NCBI GenBank assembly: GCA_030836805.1
Contig: JAUPLS010000045.1
Span: forward strand, 1-53,136
From: Campylobacterota bacterium
Lineage (GTDB): Bacteria > Campylobacterota > Campylobacteria > Campylobacterales > Sulfurovaceae
Length of the DNA: 53,136 bases
Direction: 5' to 3'
The notes beneath the pieces are model-generated. The model worked only from the letters and a program-made list of their open reading frames with translations. It ran no database searches and was not told the origin of the DNA. Position 1 is the first letter of the stretch. Each line of letters opens with the position of its first letter. Position numbers and translations under genes: made by a program. Below are positions 42,235 to 52,987 of the stretch, piece by piece.

Positions 42235-43039
42235 GAATATATCCTAGCTTTAACGCTGCCATTTCGATAATACGTTTTGGTATTTGTCCATAATTGATTT
42301 TAATCGGCTCATTTTTATCATAATATTCACAAATTTCAAAAATGGTAAAAAGCAACTTATTGCATTCTCTGTAATTCCCTTTTGTAAAAGTATGAATTAA
42401 TTTCATATCCTTTTCTTTAATACTGTTTGCAATCTCAAAAAGATTTTTTTTAAGCAATTTTTTGTGTATATAGGCAGTCTGGTCTTCTTTGGTTGCATTT
42501 TTTAATTCAATGACTTCCCAAATACGAGATTGAAAATGCTCCTTGGCGATAAGGTCTTCATCCTCCGTCTTATGCAGAGAAACAACAAACTTTACGCTTC
42601 TGCTATCAGAGAGAAGCCTTATTTTTTCCATCATCTGAGGGCCATACATTTGAGCCTCATCAAGCAGGATAATAATTTCTCTTTTTCCCCTTAGCTCTTT
42701 ACAAAAATTGACCAATGCGGAAAAATTGACTTCCGTATTACGTGGCAGATCTTGCGTGGTTAAGACTTTAAACAGTTTATGAAAAAACTCTTTTTCGGTT
42801 ACCGAAGGAGTATCAAAATAATAAATCTCTTTTTGAAATTTTAATTTTGTAAAAATACGGTTAAGGAGTATGCTTTTGCCGGTTCCGGGCTTACCGAAAA
42901 GCAAAATCATTTTTAATGGCTTATCCAAACTGTGCTGCAGCCGCTTATATGCCGCCCCTGCGGAATCAAGCTCTATGTAATCATCGATATCAACCGAATC
43001 GATGAATACATTTTTAGCAGCTTCGTATCTATTTTTCAT
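42227..43039 (-). CDS. AAA ATPase (ExeA/MshM/CtsP-like)
   Basis: FGKPGTGKS Walker A, IIILLDEAQ Walker B, TKGNYRECNKL. Confidence 0.85.
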   Translation of the reverse strand: MKNRYEAAKNVFIDSVDIDDYIELDSAGAAYKRLQHSLDKPLKMILLFGKPGTGKSILLNRIFTKLKFQKEIYYFDTPSVTEKEFFHKLFKVLTTQDLPRNTEVNFSALVNFCKELRGKREIIILLDEAQMYGPQMMEKIRLLSDSRSVKFVVSLHKTEDEDLIAKEHFQSRIWEVIELKNATKEDQTAYIHKKLLKKNLFEIANSIKEKDMKLIHTFTKGNYRECNKLLFTIFEICEYYDKNEPIKINYGQIPKRIIEMAALKLGYIHV

Positions 43040-44609
43040 TAACTTTTGAATAACCCAAATCTTTTAGTGACACGGATTTTGAGTTTTTAACAACATGCGG
43101 CGTAATGATTAGCACCAACTCTTCGATCGTGTTAATCTTTTTTTCATTTTTAAATGCATACTCCAACAGAGGCAAATCACCCAGTAGCGGCACTTTACTG
43201 ATCTGAATACCGGATTTAGAGGAAATCAAACCTCCCAATATCGCATGCTCCCCATCTTTTACCTTGATAACTGAAGCAATCTGTCTTCTTATCAAATCAG
43301 GCGGTATTGTTCTGATGCCTGCATCACTTTGTATTGCCTCAACCGTATCGGAAATGGAAGGATTTATCTTCAATGTAATCATACCGCTTGAATCAATTTC
43401 AGGTGTAATATCAAGCAATATCCCAGCAAAAACAGAATCAACCAACTCACCTTCTGCTGCACTTGTGCCGCCTCCGCTTGTAGTTGTAGTTGCTGATTTT
43501 ATTTTATAGAACAGCTCCTTTCCAACGCTAATCAATGCCGGCTGATTATTTAATGTCATCACTCTTGGGCTTGAGATAGACTTCACATCTCCTTGCGTCC
43601 CCAAAAATTTTACCACATCAGAAACTTCGGTTCTTCCTGTAATGTTTATAAGTTGGCCGTTGCGCGGCTTGGTATCCTCGGCGAACGTTGCATCTGTAAT
43701 ACCGTCTACATTGTCAAAAGTGAAGGAACTTATATTTTTTTGTGCCATCGCCAAAGAATTGATCGTTACGTTCTGCAATCCATAAAGTTGTGACCAGTCA
43801 ACACCCGTCGTTTTACTATCATCAAAAGTTACCGTCAAAATGCGCACATCTATCAGTACCTGGGACTTGATCTGCTGAGAAAGCGTGTCTATATATTTTG
43901 CGACCCTATTGATCTGCTGATCAGTTCCGGTTACTGTGACCATCCCTGCTTCGGGATTGATGATTGGAGCCAAAGGATTATACTCCCATATTTGACCATC
44001 AGGGCCTGCCCACCCCTGACCGGTTTTGGCATAATGCGTGCTTCCGTCTCCTGCACCTATAAGAATACGCTGAATCTCTTTTTCGACTGTTTGCCAAAAA
44101 ATAAATTCATCATTGCTTTCAATCGAGATGCCCGTTCTGCTTACCGCGCCCCCCTCCTGAGTGGTTCCGCCAGCTGAACCGGCTGCATTATTTGAGTTTG
44201 CGATGGTTACATGTGCATTGCTTTTCCCTGTTCTTTTTCCGGAAATATAATGAATACGAAATGTTCGCGTGATCAAGTAGGAAATCTCCAGTTTGTTTCC
44301 GCTTAATGTATAATGGAGGTCATTATCTTTGAGAATTGTATTTAAAAAACCTTTCAGGGTACTGTTTTTCAATTTCACATAATAAAGTTTCTTATTCAAT
44401 CTCATCTTGGCCGCGTCATCTTTTACAATAACCGACAAACCGCATGTATCTGCAAGGTTTTCAATCACGTCACCTATACTTAATTTGCTATCGACAGTTA
44501 CGCTAAACAATTTTGTAGAACATTCACTGGCGCTTAAAACACTAAATATTCCAAAAAACAGACCAAATGCAACAAAAAAATTTATCCCTTTCTTTTGTAC
44601 TTTCTTCAT
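43029..44609 (-). CDS. mshL: Secretin (MshL/GspD; CtsD-like)
   Basis: QVLIDVRIL, GVDWS, SSPRVMTLNNQPALISVG, ILGGLI, KVPLLGDLP, ELVLIITP. Confidence 0.9.
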   Translation of the reverse strand: MKKVQKKGINFFVAFGLFFGIFSVLSASECSTKLFSVTVDSKLSIGDVIENLADTCGLSVIVKDDAAKMRLNKKLYYVKLKNSTLKGFLNTILKDNDLHYTLSGNKLEISYLITRTFRIHYISGKRTGKSNAHVTIANSNNAAGSAGGTTQEGGAVSRTGISIESNDEFIFWQTVEKEIQRILIGAGDGSTHYAKTGQGWAGPDGQIWEYNPLAPIINPEAGMVTVTGTDQQINRVAKYIDTLSQQIKSQVLIDVRILTVTFDDSKTTGVDWSQLYGLQNVTINSLAMAQKNISSFTFDNVDGITDATFAEDTKPRNGQLINITGRTEVSDVVKFLGTQGDVKSISSPRVMTLNNQPALISVGKELFYKIKSATTTTSGGGTSAAEGELVDSVFAGILLDITPEIDSSGMITLKINPSISDTVEAIQSDAGIRTIPPDLIRRQIASVIKVKDGEHAILGGLISSKSGIQISKVPLLGDLPLLEYAFKNEKKINTIEELVLIITPHVVKNSKSVSLKDLGYSKVNEK

Positions 44610-44613
44610 CTTT

Positions 44614-45024
44614 TTACCTTCCTTCTACCATGATAAAATCATCTCTTTTCTTATGAAGAAACAATTTTTTGATCTGATTGGCATTCCTTAGCACAACACC
44701 TTTTTTGCCGACATATTTCAAGGTGTACCCCATCACATTGTCACCGACATTCATCCATCCCTCATTAATATATGCTTTACCGTTCATTATCCCGTGAAGA
44801 GACAACTTTGCTTCTTCTGCCTCTTGGGGGACAGCAAAAGTAGTCATATTGTTTTCATTGGTTAAGGCCACAAAAGGCTCTTTTGTTGTTTCCAGCGTTT
44901 CAAGTTTTACGCCTTCTCTTTTTTCGTGAATCTTAACAACCATCTCTTCAATCTGTTTAACAGAAAGATCAGCATAAGTACAAACTATGATACCCAAGAA
45001 TATAAAAATTAGCTTTTTCATCAA
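44614..45024 (-). CDS. Exported protein, PilP/MshK-like
   Basis: Signal peptide; EPFV...LSLHGIMNGKAYINEGWMNVGDNVMGY; directly upstream of the secretin. Confidence 0.6.
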   Translation of the reverse strand: MMKKLIFIFLGIIVCTYADLSVKQIEEMVVKIHEKREGVKLETLETTKEPFVALTNENNMTTFAVPQEAEEAKLSLHGIMNGKAYINEGWMNVGDNVMGYTLKYVGKKGVVLRNANQIKKLFLHKKRDDFIMVEGR

Positions 45025-45674
45025 TGATTAACCCCCCACACTGAAATATTAATGTCGGCATTTACCTTTGAAGAATTGGCATCTAAAAAAAGATTGGTGC
45101 CATAGATGTCCGTTACTAAAACATTTTGTTCGATTTCATTCATAAACTTTACTATGTCTTTATATTCGCCCTTGCATCCCACACCCACTTCCAAAACATA
45201 TCCGAAGCTTCCATTGTTATCTACATAACGGTTTGTAATATATTTGATATCTACATTTTGCACTTCTGCTTTATCCGTAATCGAATTTAAGAACTTGGAC
45301 CAGCTTTTTTGATTAAACAACATATCTGAAAGCTTATCAAGATTGCTGTCAATAAATTTTATTTTATAATTTAAATCAGCAATATTTTGTTTTTTTTGAA
45401 CAATATCGCTGTCGTATTTTTTGACATAATAATTTCTATCTCCCCCTACGGTAATCGAATCAAGATAGGTAGTATTATCTATAATACTTTTTTGTATGCT
45501 TTTTTTGTCGGCATCGCTTTTTTGGTACATTTTTTCTGTATAAGGCAACAAATAAGCATAGGCCAGATAACTGATAATCCCAGCCATCCCTAAAATAATC
45601 AACCATTTTTCACTCTCTTTTTTGGGAGCAAAATACTCATCCATAGCTTCGAGCCTATCTTCTATATATTTCAT
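45021..45674 (-). CDS. PilO/GspM-like alignment protein
   Basis: Single TM, coiled coil, GEYKDIVKFMNEIE ferredoxin-like motif. Confidence 0.65.
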   Translation of the reverse strand: MKYIEDRLEAMDEYFAPKKESEKWLIILGMAGIISYLAYAYLLPYTEKMYQKSDADKKSIQKSIIDNTTYLDSITVGGDRNYYVKKYDSDIVQKKQNIADLNYKIKFIDSNLDKLSDMLFNQKSWSKFLNSITDKAEVQNVDIKYITNRYVDNNGSFGYVLEVGVGCKGEYKDIVKFMNEIEQNVLVTDIYGTNLFLDANSSKVNADINISVWGVNH

Positions 45675-47203
45675 CTTAAGTCAACCTTTAACAAACCCTT
45701 ATAGTGATTACTCTTCGGATCTTTTTGAATTAATTCAATATCAATTTGATTTATTTCATCAAAATGGCTCTCTGAAATATACTGAATCAGTTCAGTGAGC
45801 TTTCTGTCTTCAGAGCTCACCAAAGAGAGCCAGACTGTATTTTCTTTGCTTTGTAGTTTATCAATATAAACATCAAATTGATTTAACTCTTCAGCAATAA
45901 CATGAAATATCTCAGATTTTAAATGATAATTTACTTTTTTATTATAAATTGAAGTGAGTGTAGTGGTTTTTGCATAATATTTTTCATCCAAACCGGCAAT
46001 ATGCTGGTCTAACGCTGATATTTCTTTTTTCTTTTCTCCAAGTATCTGCTTATATTTATTGGATTCCGCAGTTAATTTGTTATTTTCAATGGTAAGTGCA
46101 TAAATTTTAGCATCATTCACATAGGAACCCACAAGATAAACCAAAGGATAAGCTAAGCCCAATGAAATGGCTGCGGCCGCTGCGATAATGAATTGTCCAC
46201 TTGCTCGATTGATAAATGCCGGAGGACGAAGAAACATGGTTAAGTTTACAACAGATTCTTCATCTTCAATATAATCAAAAGAATTAAGCAGCAGCAAATA
46301 CTGCAATTGATCGGTGTACCATTCGTCATGATTGATTTTATAGTTAAAATTTAATTCCAAAGAGGGTAAACCCAAATAGTTTTGGCTGTATTCATCCAGC
46401 CCTATAATGGGTCCATTCTCACTGCCGATATACATTTGGTCTACGCCGTCCAATCCAAAGGCTCTTTTGGCATAAATAAGTATGTCATTAATGTGGATAA
46501 ATATTTCACCAAATATTTTCATCAAAGTTTTTTGATATTCCGTATTGGTTGTTTTGAGCCCCTCGAGCTCCAAAACTGAATAAAATACTTTTTCATCTGC
46601 TTTTTCGCCAACAATTTCACAATATTTTTCATAAATTTGTTCGAGGGAAAATTCTATAGATTTAGAATAAAGATATTGTCCATTTTTGTAAAGTGCTACG
46701 AAGGCATCATTGTGGGTAAAATAGATAAAAGAATGGGTGCCGTTTGCCTGTAAAATCTCTTTTTTATACAACGCTTTATATAAAAGAGGGGCAGGGACCA
46801 CAAGATCAATATATTTGGTTTGCTGCTTAACAGGAAGGTAGAGATGCTCCAAGACCTCGGGTTCGGCAACAAAGATATGAAATATCCGCTCCTCTCCGGC
46901 ATCCTCTGCTTCAAAAAAACTTACAATATACCTATTGGCTTGATCTAAACCCAACTCTTCATAGGCTTTTATATCAAGTATGTCAGCGATATCTTCCTGA
47001 GGAATACTGCGACTTAAACGTACCGTTGTGTTAATAACATCTTTGTTGCTCAAATAAGAGGCAATAAAATTTGAGGTGTTATATGTCAGTTTACTTAAGG
47101 GCTGAAACTTGTCGCTTTTGAACAGGTAAGCCTTGCTTGTGTAAGCATTCAGTGTAACAATATTTTTAATATCTGATTTTGATGAACTTCTTTTTAAAAA
47201 CAT
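45671..47203 (-). CDS. PilM-PilN/GspL-like fused alignment protein
   Basis: About 335 aa cytoplasmic domain, single TM, coiled coil and periplasmic domain; first gene of the cluster. Confidence 0.6.
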   Translation of the reverse strand: MFLKRSSSKSDIKNIVTLNAYTSKAYLFKSDKFQPLSKLTYNTSNFIASYLSNKDVINTTVRLSRSIPQEDIADILDIKAYEELGLDQANRYIVSFFEAEDAGEERIFHIFVAEPEVLEHLYLPVKQQTKYIDLVVPAPLLYKALYKKEILQANGTHSFIYFTHNDAFVALYKNGQYLYSKSIEFSLEQIYEKYCEIVGEKADEKVFYSVLELEGLKTTNTEYQKTLMKIFGEIFIHINDILIYAKRAFGLDGVDQMYIGSENGPIIGLDEYSQNYLGLPSLELNFNYKINHDEWYTDQLQYLLLLNSFDYIEDEESVVNLTMFLRPPAFINRASGQFIIAAAAAISLGLAYPLVYLVGSYVNDAKIYALTIENNKLTAESNKYKQILGEKKKEISALDQHIAGLDEKYYAKTTTLTSIYNKKVNYHLKSEIFHVIAEELNQFDVYIDKLQSKENTVWLSLVSSEDRKLTELIQYISESHFDEINQIDIELIQKDPKSNHYKGLLKVDLR

Positions 47204-47326
47204 CCTAAACTTCCTTCCTTATTGACCAATTATATATGTTATAATATTAAAACTGTCTTACAAAAATAAAGGATTTATTAAAAAATCATTCTTATTTTTT
47301 AATTTTTTATAACGCAAATAATAAAT

Positions 47327-48229
47327 TTATATAATATATCCAAACTCTTCGAGTCCCTCTTTATTTTTGCTCCATCCCTTTTTAACTGCAACATGCAAAT
47401 CCAAAAAGATCTTTTTGCCAGAAAAAAGCTCCATCTGTTCACGCGCTGATTTGCCTACACGCTTAATACCTACCCCTTTTTGACCGACGATCATACCTTT
47501 TTGTGCCTCTTTTTCTACTATAATGGTAGCAAAAACCCTATCCATTTCATCGCTCTCTTCGATGCGCTCAATGGTCACATCACTCTCATAAGGTATCTCA
47601 TCGCTAAGATTCTCAAAGATGGATTCACGAATAAGCTCCTTATATATATCACGTATATTATCTGTTGTAAGTATTTCGGTGTCATACAAAAAAGGAGAAT
47701 AAGGCAAATGCTTAGCTATTTCATCAAGCAATTGTTTTTTTCCGACTTTTTTATTGACAGAAAAAGGGATAATGGCCTCAAAACGGTCTTGATATTTTTG
47801 ATATTCTCCAAGTTTTTTGAGAATATCCTCTTGTTTTACATGATCAATCTTGGTCAATACCACGATATGTTTTGTCCCCTTTGCCTGCACAAGGGCTAAA
47901 AACTTTTCATACTCTGTCAACTTATCTGTAACCGGGGCCAAAAAAACAATAAGATCACTATCCCCCATTGCCTTGAGTGCCTCATCTAGCATAAATTGAT
48001 TGAGCAGCCTCTCTTTTTGATGAATACCCGGAGTGTCTACAAAAATGATTTGTGTATTTTCATGCATTACAATAATATTCATTCGTTTTCGCGTAGCCTG
48101 CGCTTTTTTGGAAACCATTGCAAGTTTTTCACCCACCACATAATTTAGCAAAGTGCTTTTCCCTGCATTGGGACGCCCCACTACTGCCACAAATCCCGCT
48201 TTCGTACCTACGCTCTCATCATACATCAA
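47327..48229 (-). CDS. era: GTPase Era
   Basis: GRPNAGKSTLLN, DTPG, TKID, EIPY, KH domain IVGQKG. Confidence 0.97.
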   Translation of the reverse strand: MMYDESVGTKAGFVAVVGRPNAGKSTLLNYVVGEKLAMVSKKAQATRKRMNIIVMHENTQIIFVDTPGIHQKERLLNQFMLDEALKAMGDSDLIVFLAPVTDKLTEYEKFLALVQAKGTKHIVVLTKIDHVKQEDILKKLGEYQKYQDRFEAIIPFSVNKKVGKKQLLDEIAKHLPYSPFLYDTEILTTDNIRDIYKELIRESIFENLSDEIPYESDVTIERIEESDEMDRVFATIIVEKEAQKGMIVGQKGVGIKRVGKSAREQMELFSGKKIFLDLHVAVKKGWSKNKEGLEEFGYII

Positions 48230-48240
48230 CTATCCTCTTT

Positions 48241-49569
48241 TTATAATATATATCTTGTGGCATCTACATCTTCAACCACTTTGCCTATCTTTTCTGTTAC
48301 AAGTGCCTTATCTACTGCAATTCGCTCTCCGGCATGTTCATCGGCGCTAAAACTTATTTCTTCAAGAATTTTTTCCATCACAGTGTGGAGCCTTCTGGCT
48401 CCAATATCTTCTGTTTTCTCATTGGCAATCAAAGCATAATGGGCAATAGCGCGCAATGCCTCTTCCTCAAAATACAAATCAACATTTTCCACTCCCAACA
48501 ATGCTTCATATTGCTTTACAAGCGAATTTTTAGGCTCGGTTAAGATGCGATAAAGCGTCTCTTCATCCAAACTATGAAGCTCTACGCGCAAAGGAAAACG
48601 CCCTTGAAGCTCAGGAATCAAATCACTGGGTTTGGAAAGATGAAATGCGCCTGCTGCAATAAACAAAATATGATCTGTTTTTACCATACCCACTTTTGTA
48701 TGCACCGAAGATCCCTCAACGATAGGCAACAAATCTCTTTGCACCCCTTCTTTGCTTGGGTCCTGTCTACTTTGTGACCCGGAAGAAACAGCTATCTTGT
48801 CTATTTCATCAAGGAAGACAATTCCCCCTTTTTCTACTTTTTCAAGCGCTATAGCCTTAAGCTGTTCCTCATCCAAAAGCGCTTCACTTGCTTCGGTTTC
48901 AAGTATCCTTTTTGCCTCCCGCACTGTGACTTCTTTTTCAGAACCTTTTTTTCCATAGCCGCCCAGCACCTTAACGATAGACTCTTGAACCTGAATCATC
49001 TGCGGAGGAAGGCCTTCTTCGGAAAAGCTAGGATTTTTCGGTATCTCTACTTTTATTTTTAGATGATCGAGTTCCCCTTTGGCAAATTTTTCTTGCATTC
49101 TCAAAAAAGAGGCATCATATTCTTGTTTTTTTTGTTCACTGGCTCCAGCAGGGAGCGGAGGCAAAAGCTTTTCTATGATTTTGTTTTCAATATAATTTTC
49201 TATCTTTTCTTTATTTTTCTCGTTTTCGCTCTCACGCACAATACCCATAGACACAGAAACCAAATCACGTATCATTGACTCCACGTCACGTCCTACAAAT
49301 CCGACTTCTGTATATTTGCTTGCTTCTACTTTGATAAAAGGCAAATTCATCATTTTTGCCAGCCTTCTTGCTATTTCTGTTTTTCCCACGCCGGTGCTGC
49401 CTATCATCAAGATGTTTTTGGGCACTACGTCATGCTGCATCTGAGGATTAAGCTGCATTCTTCTATAGCGGTTTCTTAGTGCTACAGCGATAGTTTTTTT
49501 AGCGTCGTTTTGCCCTATGACATATTTATCAAGATAAGCAACGATCTCTTTAGGTGTCAAATTCTCCAA
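48241..49569 (-). CDS. hslU: ATP-dependent protease ATPase subunit HslU
   Basis: PKNILMIGSTGVGKTEIARRLA, GYVG-like GFVG, GVQRDLLPIVEG, ELQGRFPLRVEL; TTG start. Confidence 0.97.
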   Translation of the reverse strand: MENLTPKEIVAYLDKYVIGQNDAKKTIAVALRNRYRRMQLNPQMQHDVVPKNILMIGSTGVGKTEIARRLAKMMNLPFIKVEASKYTEVGFVGRDVESMIRDLVSVSMGIVRESENEKNKEKIENYIENKIIEKLLPPLPAGASEQKKQEYDASFLRMQEKFAKGELDHLKIKVEIPKNPSFSEEGLPPQMIQVQESIVKVLGGYGKKGSEKEVTVREAKRILETEASEALLDEEQLKAIALEKVEKGGIVFLDEIDKIAVSSGSQSRQDPSKEGVQRDLLPIVEGSSVHTKVGMVKTDHILFIAAGAFHLSKPSDLIPELQGRFPLRVELHSLDEETLYRILTEPKNSLVKQYEALLGVENVDLYFEEEALRAIAHYALIANEKTEDIGARRLHTVMEKILEEISFSADEHAGERIAVDKALVTEKIGKVVEDVDATRYIL

Positions 49570-49652
49570 AAATATTCCTTTCCATTATTTCTTCTAAATT
49601 TTCACTCTTGCGGTGAAATATACAACGTAAAAAGATTTACCTGCTGTAAAAA

Positions 49653-50183
49653 TCACAACTCTAGAATTTTAATATTTTTATTGGTATAGATGCAAAGTTC
49701 GCCTGCGACTTCAAGTGATTCCTGCACCAATGTCTTTGGATCAAGATTGGCATGTTTTTCCAATGCTCTTGCTGCTGAGATAGCATAGTTCCCGCCGCTT
49801 CCTATCGCAGCAATCTTTCCGTCTTGCGGCTCGACTACATCCCCCGTTCCACTCAGTATAAAAATATGCTCTTTGTTAAGCACAATCATCATCGCCTCAA
49901 GCTGACGCAAATGTTTGTCTTTTCTCCACATTTTAGAAAAAGCAATGACGGATTTAAAAAGATCACCTTTTTTTTCTGAGAGTATGGTTTCAAACATGTC
50001 AAAAAGATTAAAAGCGTCTGCGGTACTTCCCGCAAATCCTGCCAAGATTTTACCCTCATGCAGTGTGCGAATTTTTGTAGCATTGCTTTTAAGCACAGTG
50101 CTGCCAAACGTCACCTGCCCATCTCCGCCAATGACTGCTTTGCCTTCGCCCCGATAACCGAGTATCGTCGTTGCTTCAAACAT
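49653..50183 (-). CDS. hslV: ATP-dependent protease subunit HslV
   Basis: [31 protein letters not shown]. Confidence 0.97.
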   Translation of the reverse strand: MFEATTILGYRGEGKAVIGGDGQVTFGSTVLKSNATKIRTLHEGKILAGFAGSTADAFNLFDMFETILSEKKGDLFKSVIAFSKMWRKDKHLRQLEAMMIVLNKEHIFILSGTGDVVEPQDGKIAAIGSGGNYAISAARALEKHANLDPKTLVQESLEVAGELCIYTNKNIKILEL

Positions 50184-50626
50184 TATACGCCTACCACTTC
50201 TATCCTGAGTGTTGCATGAATACCATGCCCCAGTTTTGCATCTACTTCATGAATGCCTGTGGATTTGATAGCTTTTTTAAGGCCGATATGTTTTTTATCA
50301 AGTGTGATATCAAATTGCTCTTCAATAGCTTGTGAAATATCACCATTGCCAACTGAACCCTGGATGCCCACCGGAGCTAAAGGTTTTTCTATTTTGATTG
50401 TTCCGGCTTCAAGTGTAATTTTTTCAGCCTGGAGCCTGGCTAGCTCATCTCTGAGTTCACGCGCTGCATTTTCTTGTTCTGTCTTCCAGTTTTCCATGAC
50501 TTGGGGTGTCGCTAATTTTGCCAGGCCTTTTCCGATAAGAAAATTTTGTCCATATCCGTCTTTTACTTCTTTGATCTCGCCTGCTTTGCCGAGCGATTTT
50601 ACATCTTTTATGAGCAATACTTTCAT
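50183..50626 (-). CDS. rplI: 50S ribosomal protein L9
   Basis: [31 protein letters not shown]. Confidence 0.97.
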   Translation of the reverse strand: MKVLLIKDVKSLGKAGEIKEVKDGYGQNFLIGKGLAKLATPQVMENWKTEQENAARELRDELARLQAEKITLEAGTIKIEKPLAPVGIQGSVGNGDISQAIEEQFDITLDKKHIGLKKAIKSTGIHEVDAKLGHGIHATLRIEVVGV

Positions 50627-50772
50627 ACTATTTCCTTTAACACATAGAATAGCTGATATTCTATCGAATTTTTACTAGGGATTAGATGAGAATTTTTTCT
50701 CACCCCTTTTGTAAAAATGCCTCTAAAGTTTTTATGCTACAATCGGTAAAAAATTAGAACGGACAAATTACC

Positions 50773-52725
50773 ATGTTTCAAACTTTCGCTATCAATGATT
50801 TAGAAACATTCCCTCAACAGCTTGAGGCGATGCTCAACAGACACAGAGAGACTATAGACAACATCACAAAAAGCAATGAGAACAGTTATGAAAAAGTTAT
50901 CAAGCCATTGCAGGATTTGGATGAAGAACGGGAGCTTTTTTTTACGCCTCTGGCGCATCTTAATTCCGTGATGAACTCACCGCAAACACAAAAAGCGTAC
51001 GAAGAGTGTATCCCCTTGCTTTCAAAGTTTTCTTCTCAAATGGCACAAAATGTTGCACTGTTTGAAAAAATAAAACAAATCCAAACAAACGACGAAGAAG
51101 CCCAAAGGGTGCTAGAACATGAAATAAGAGATTTTGTTCTCTCAGGCATTCATCTTCCCAAAGAAAAAAAGAAAAGAATGGAAGAGATTGTTTTGCAGCT
51201 AAGCGAACTTGGCAACCGGTTTTCGCAAAACCTTTTAAATGCAACCAAAGCCTACGAGCTTATCATAGAGGACGAAAAAGATATAAAAGGACTGCCGCAA
51301 AGCGATATCGATGCGGCCGCAGAAGAGATCAAAGGGAAAAAAGTATATAAATTTTCACTTCAAATCCCCAGCTATCTTGCCTATATGACATACGGGCCAA
51401 ACCGTGAATACAGAGAGAAGCTTTACAAGGCATATAACACTCGTGCTCCCGAAAATGCAGAGGTGATCAACCAGATTTTAAAGCTCAAAAACGAAAAAGC
51501 GCAACTGCTTGGCTTTGATAATTACGCCCAATACGCTCTTGAAGAAAGAGATGCCCCCACACAAGAAGATGTGGTAGCCTTTCTGGAGGCATTGGCCATG
51601 CAGTCGCTTCCTCAGGCAAAAAAAGAGCTTGATGAACTATCTGTTTTTGCCAAAAAACTCGATAAAATCGAAACACTTGAGAGCTATGATGTAGGCTATT
51701 ACAGCGAAAAACTCAAAAAAGAAAAATTCGATTTTGACGATACTATGACCAAACCTTATTTCGAACAAAACAATGTGCTAAAAGGACTTCTTGAGATTGT
51801 TGCAGAACTATTTGATGTAACATTTAAGCAGCTGGATGTACCCACATGGCATCCGTGCGTAAAAAGTTTTGACATCTATGAAAACAATATGCTTGCAGGA
51901 CGCATCTACTTTGATCTTGAGGCGCGCAAAGAAAAGCAAGGCGGCGCATGGATGAATGACTGGGAGACGCACTATGTTGACGCGCAGGGGAAAAAACATC
52001 TTCCTTCTGCTTTTATCGTTTGTAATTTTTCTCCTTCTTTTAACGAAACACCTTCTTTGTTGCGGCATGATGATGTCGTCACCCTCTTTCATGAAATGGG
52101 TCACGCCATCCACCATCTTTTTGGCAAAAGCAAAGAACGTTCCGTTTCCGGTATCAATGCTGTTGCATGGGATGTAGTAGAATTTCCATCGCAGTTTTTA
52201 GAAAATTTTGCCTATGAGGGTGCCATACTTAAACGCTTTGCATACCATTACAAAAGCGGTGCACCCATTGATGATCTCCTCTTAAACAAAATCAAAGAAA
52301 CCAAAAACTTCCAAGCCGCTTTGGGCATGCTTAGACAGATAGAATTTGCACTTTTTGATTTTAAGCTCCATCAAAAACTTCATCAAAAAGATGAAATACA
52401 AACCCTGCTTGACACGATAAGAAAAACGACTGCCCTGCTGAAACCACCAAGCTACAGCAAATTTCAACATGGTTTTTCGCATATCTTTGCAGGAGGATAT
52501 GCTGCGGGGTACTACAGTTACAAATGGGCCGAAGTGCTCAGCGCAGATGCATTTTTTGAATGCCTCGATGAAGACGAAGGCTTCAATAAAATCCAAGCCA
52601 GAGGCTACAAAGAGCACATCTTGTCCAAAGGCGGTTCGCAAGAGATGAGCCGCCTTTATGAAGAGTGGCTAGGCAGAAAACCGGACATAAAAAGTCTTAT
52701 ACGCCTTTATGAGATAGAATCATAG
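50773..52725 (+). CDS. prlC: M3A family metallopeptidase (oligopeptidase A-like)
   Basis: KQGGAWM, TLFHEMGH (HExxH), WDVVEFPSQFLEN, FSHIFAGGYAAGYYSYKWAEVL; extended -10 TGcTACAAT at 50735-50743. Confidence 0.93.
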   Translation: MFQTFAINDLETFPQQLEAMLNRHRETIDNITKSNENSYEKVIKPLQDLDEERELFFTPLAHLNSVMNSPQTQKAYEECIPLLSKFSSQMAQNVALFEKIKQIQTNDEEAQRVLEHEIRDFVLSGIHLPKEKKKRMEEIVLQLSELGNRFSQNLLNATKAYELIIEDEKDIKGLPQSDIDAAAEEIKGKKVYKFSLQIPSYLAYMTYGPNREYREKLYKAYNTRAPENAEVINQILKLKNEKAQLLGFDNYAQYALEERDAPTQEDVVAFLEALAMQSLPQAKKELDELSVFAKKLDKIETLESYDVGYYSEKLKKEKFDFDDTMTKPYFEQNNVLKGLLEIVAELFDVTFKQLDVPTWHPCVKSFDIYENNMLAGRIYFDLEARKEKQGGAWMNDWETHYVDAQGKKHLPSAFIVCNFSPSFNETPSLLRHDDVVTLFHEMGHAIHHLFGKSKERSVSGINAVAWDVVEFPSQFLENFAYEGAILKRFAYHYKSGAPIDDLLLNKIKETKNFQAALGMLRQIEFALFDFKLHQKLHQKDEIQTLLDTIRKTTALLKPPSYSKFQHGFSHIFAGGYAAGYYSYKWAEVLSADAFFECLDEDEGFNKIQARGYKEHILSKGGSQEMSRLYEEWLGRKPDIKSLIRLYEIES

Positions 52726-52741
52726 AGGCTGCAGGACAAAT

Positions 52742-52987
52742 ATGATGAGAGGATTTGGTTTTGCGATTGAAGTGTTGCTTTTTGACCATGGGGTAGAGAG
52801 CGCCAAAATATGGTTTATATAAAGATATGATTTTGAAAGTTTTAAAAAGGAGTATTATGTTTTTTATCTTCTTGTAGGACTGCTTACATGTTTCTCGAGG
52901 CGGTTCCCCACCTTCTTCAAAGAGACAAACCTATCAGCTTTCAGCCTTCCCCGCCTGCCGGAAGAGATGGAAAAAATATTAAAATAA
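52742..52987 (+). pseudogene. Possible decayed gene remnant, weakly resembling the C-terminus of GNAT acetyltransferase toxins
   Basis: Frame MMRGFGFAIEVLLFDHGVESAKIWFI*RYDFESFKKEYYVFYLLVG... with an internal TAA at 52820-52822; resemblance by eye only. Confidence 0.2.

Noticed and set aside
52857-52877. Mini-ORF MFFIFL* behind AAGGAG
   Set aside because: Six codons with no downstream gene to attenuate; more likely chance within debris.
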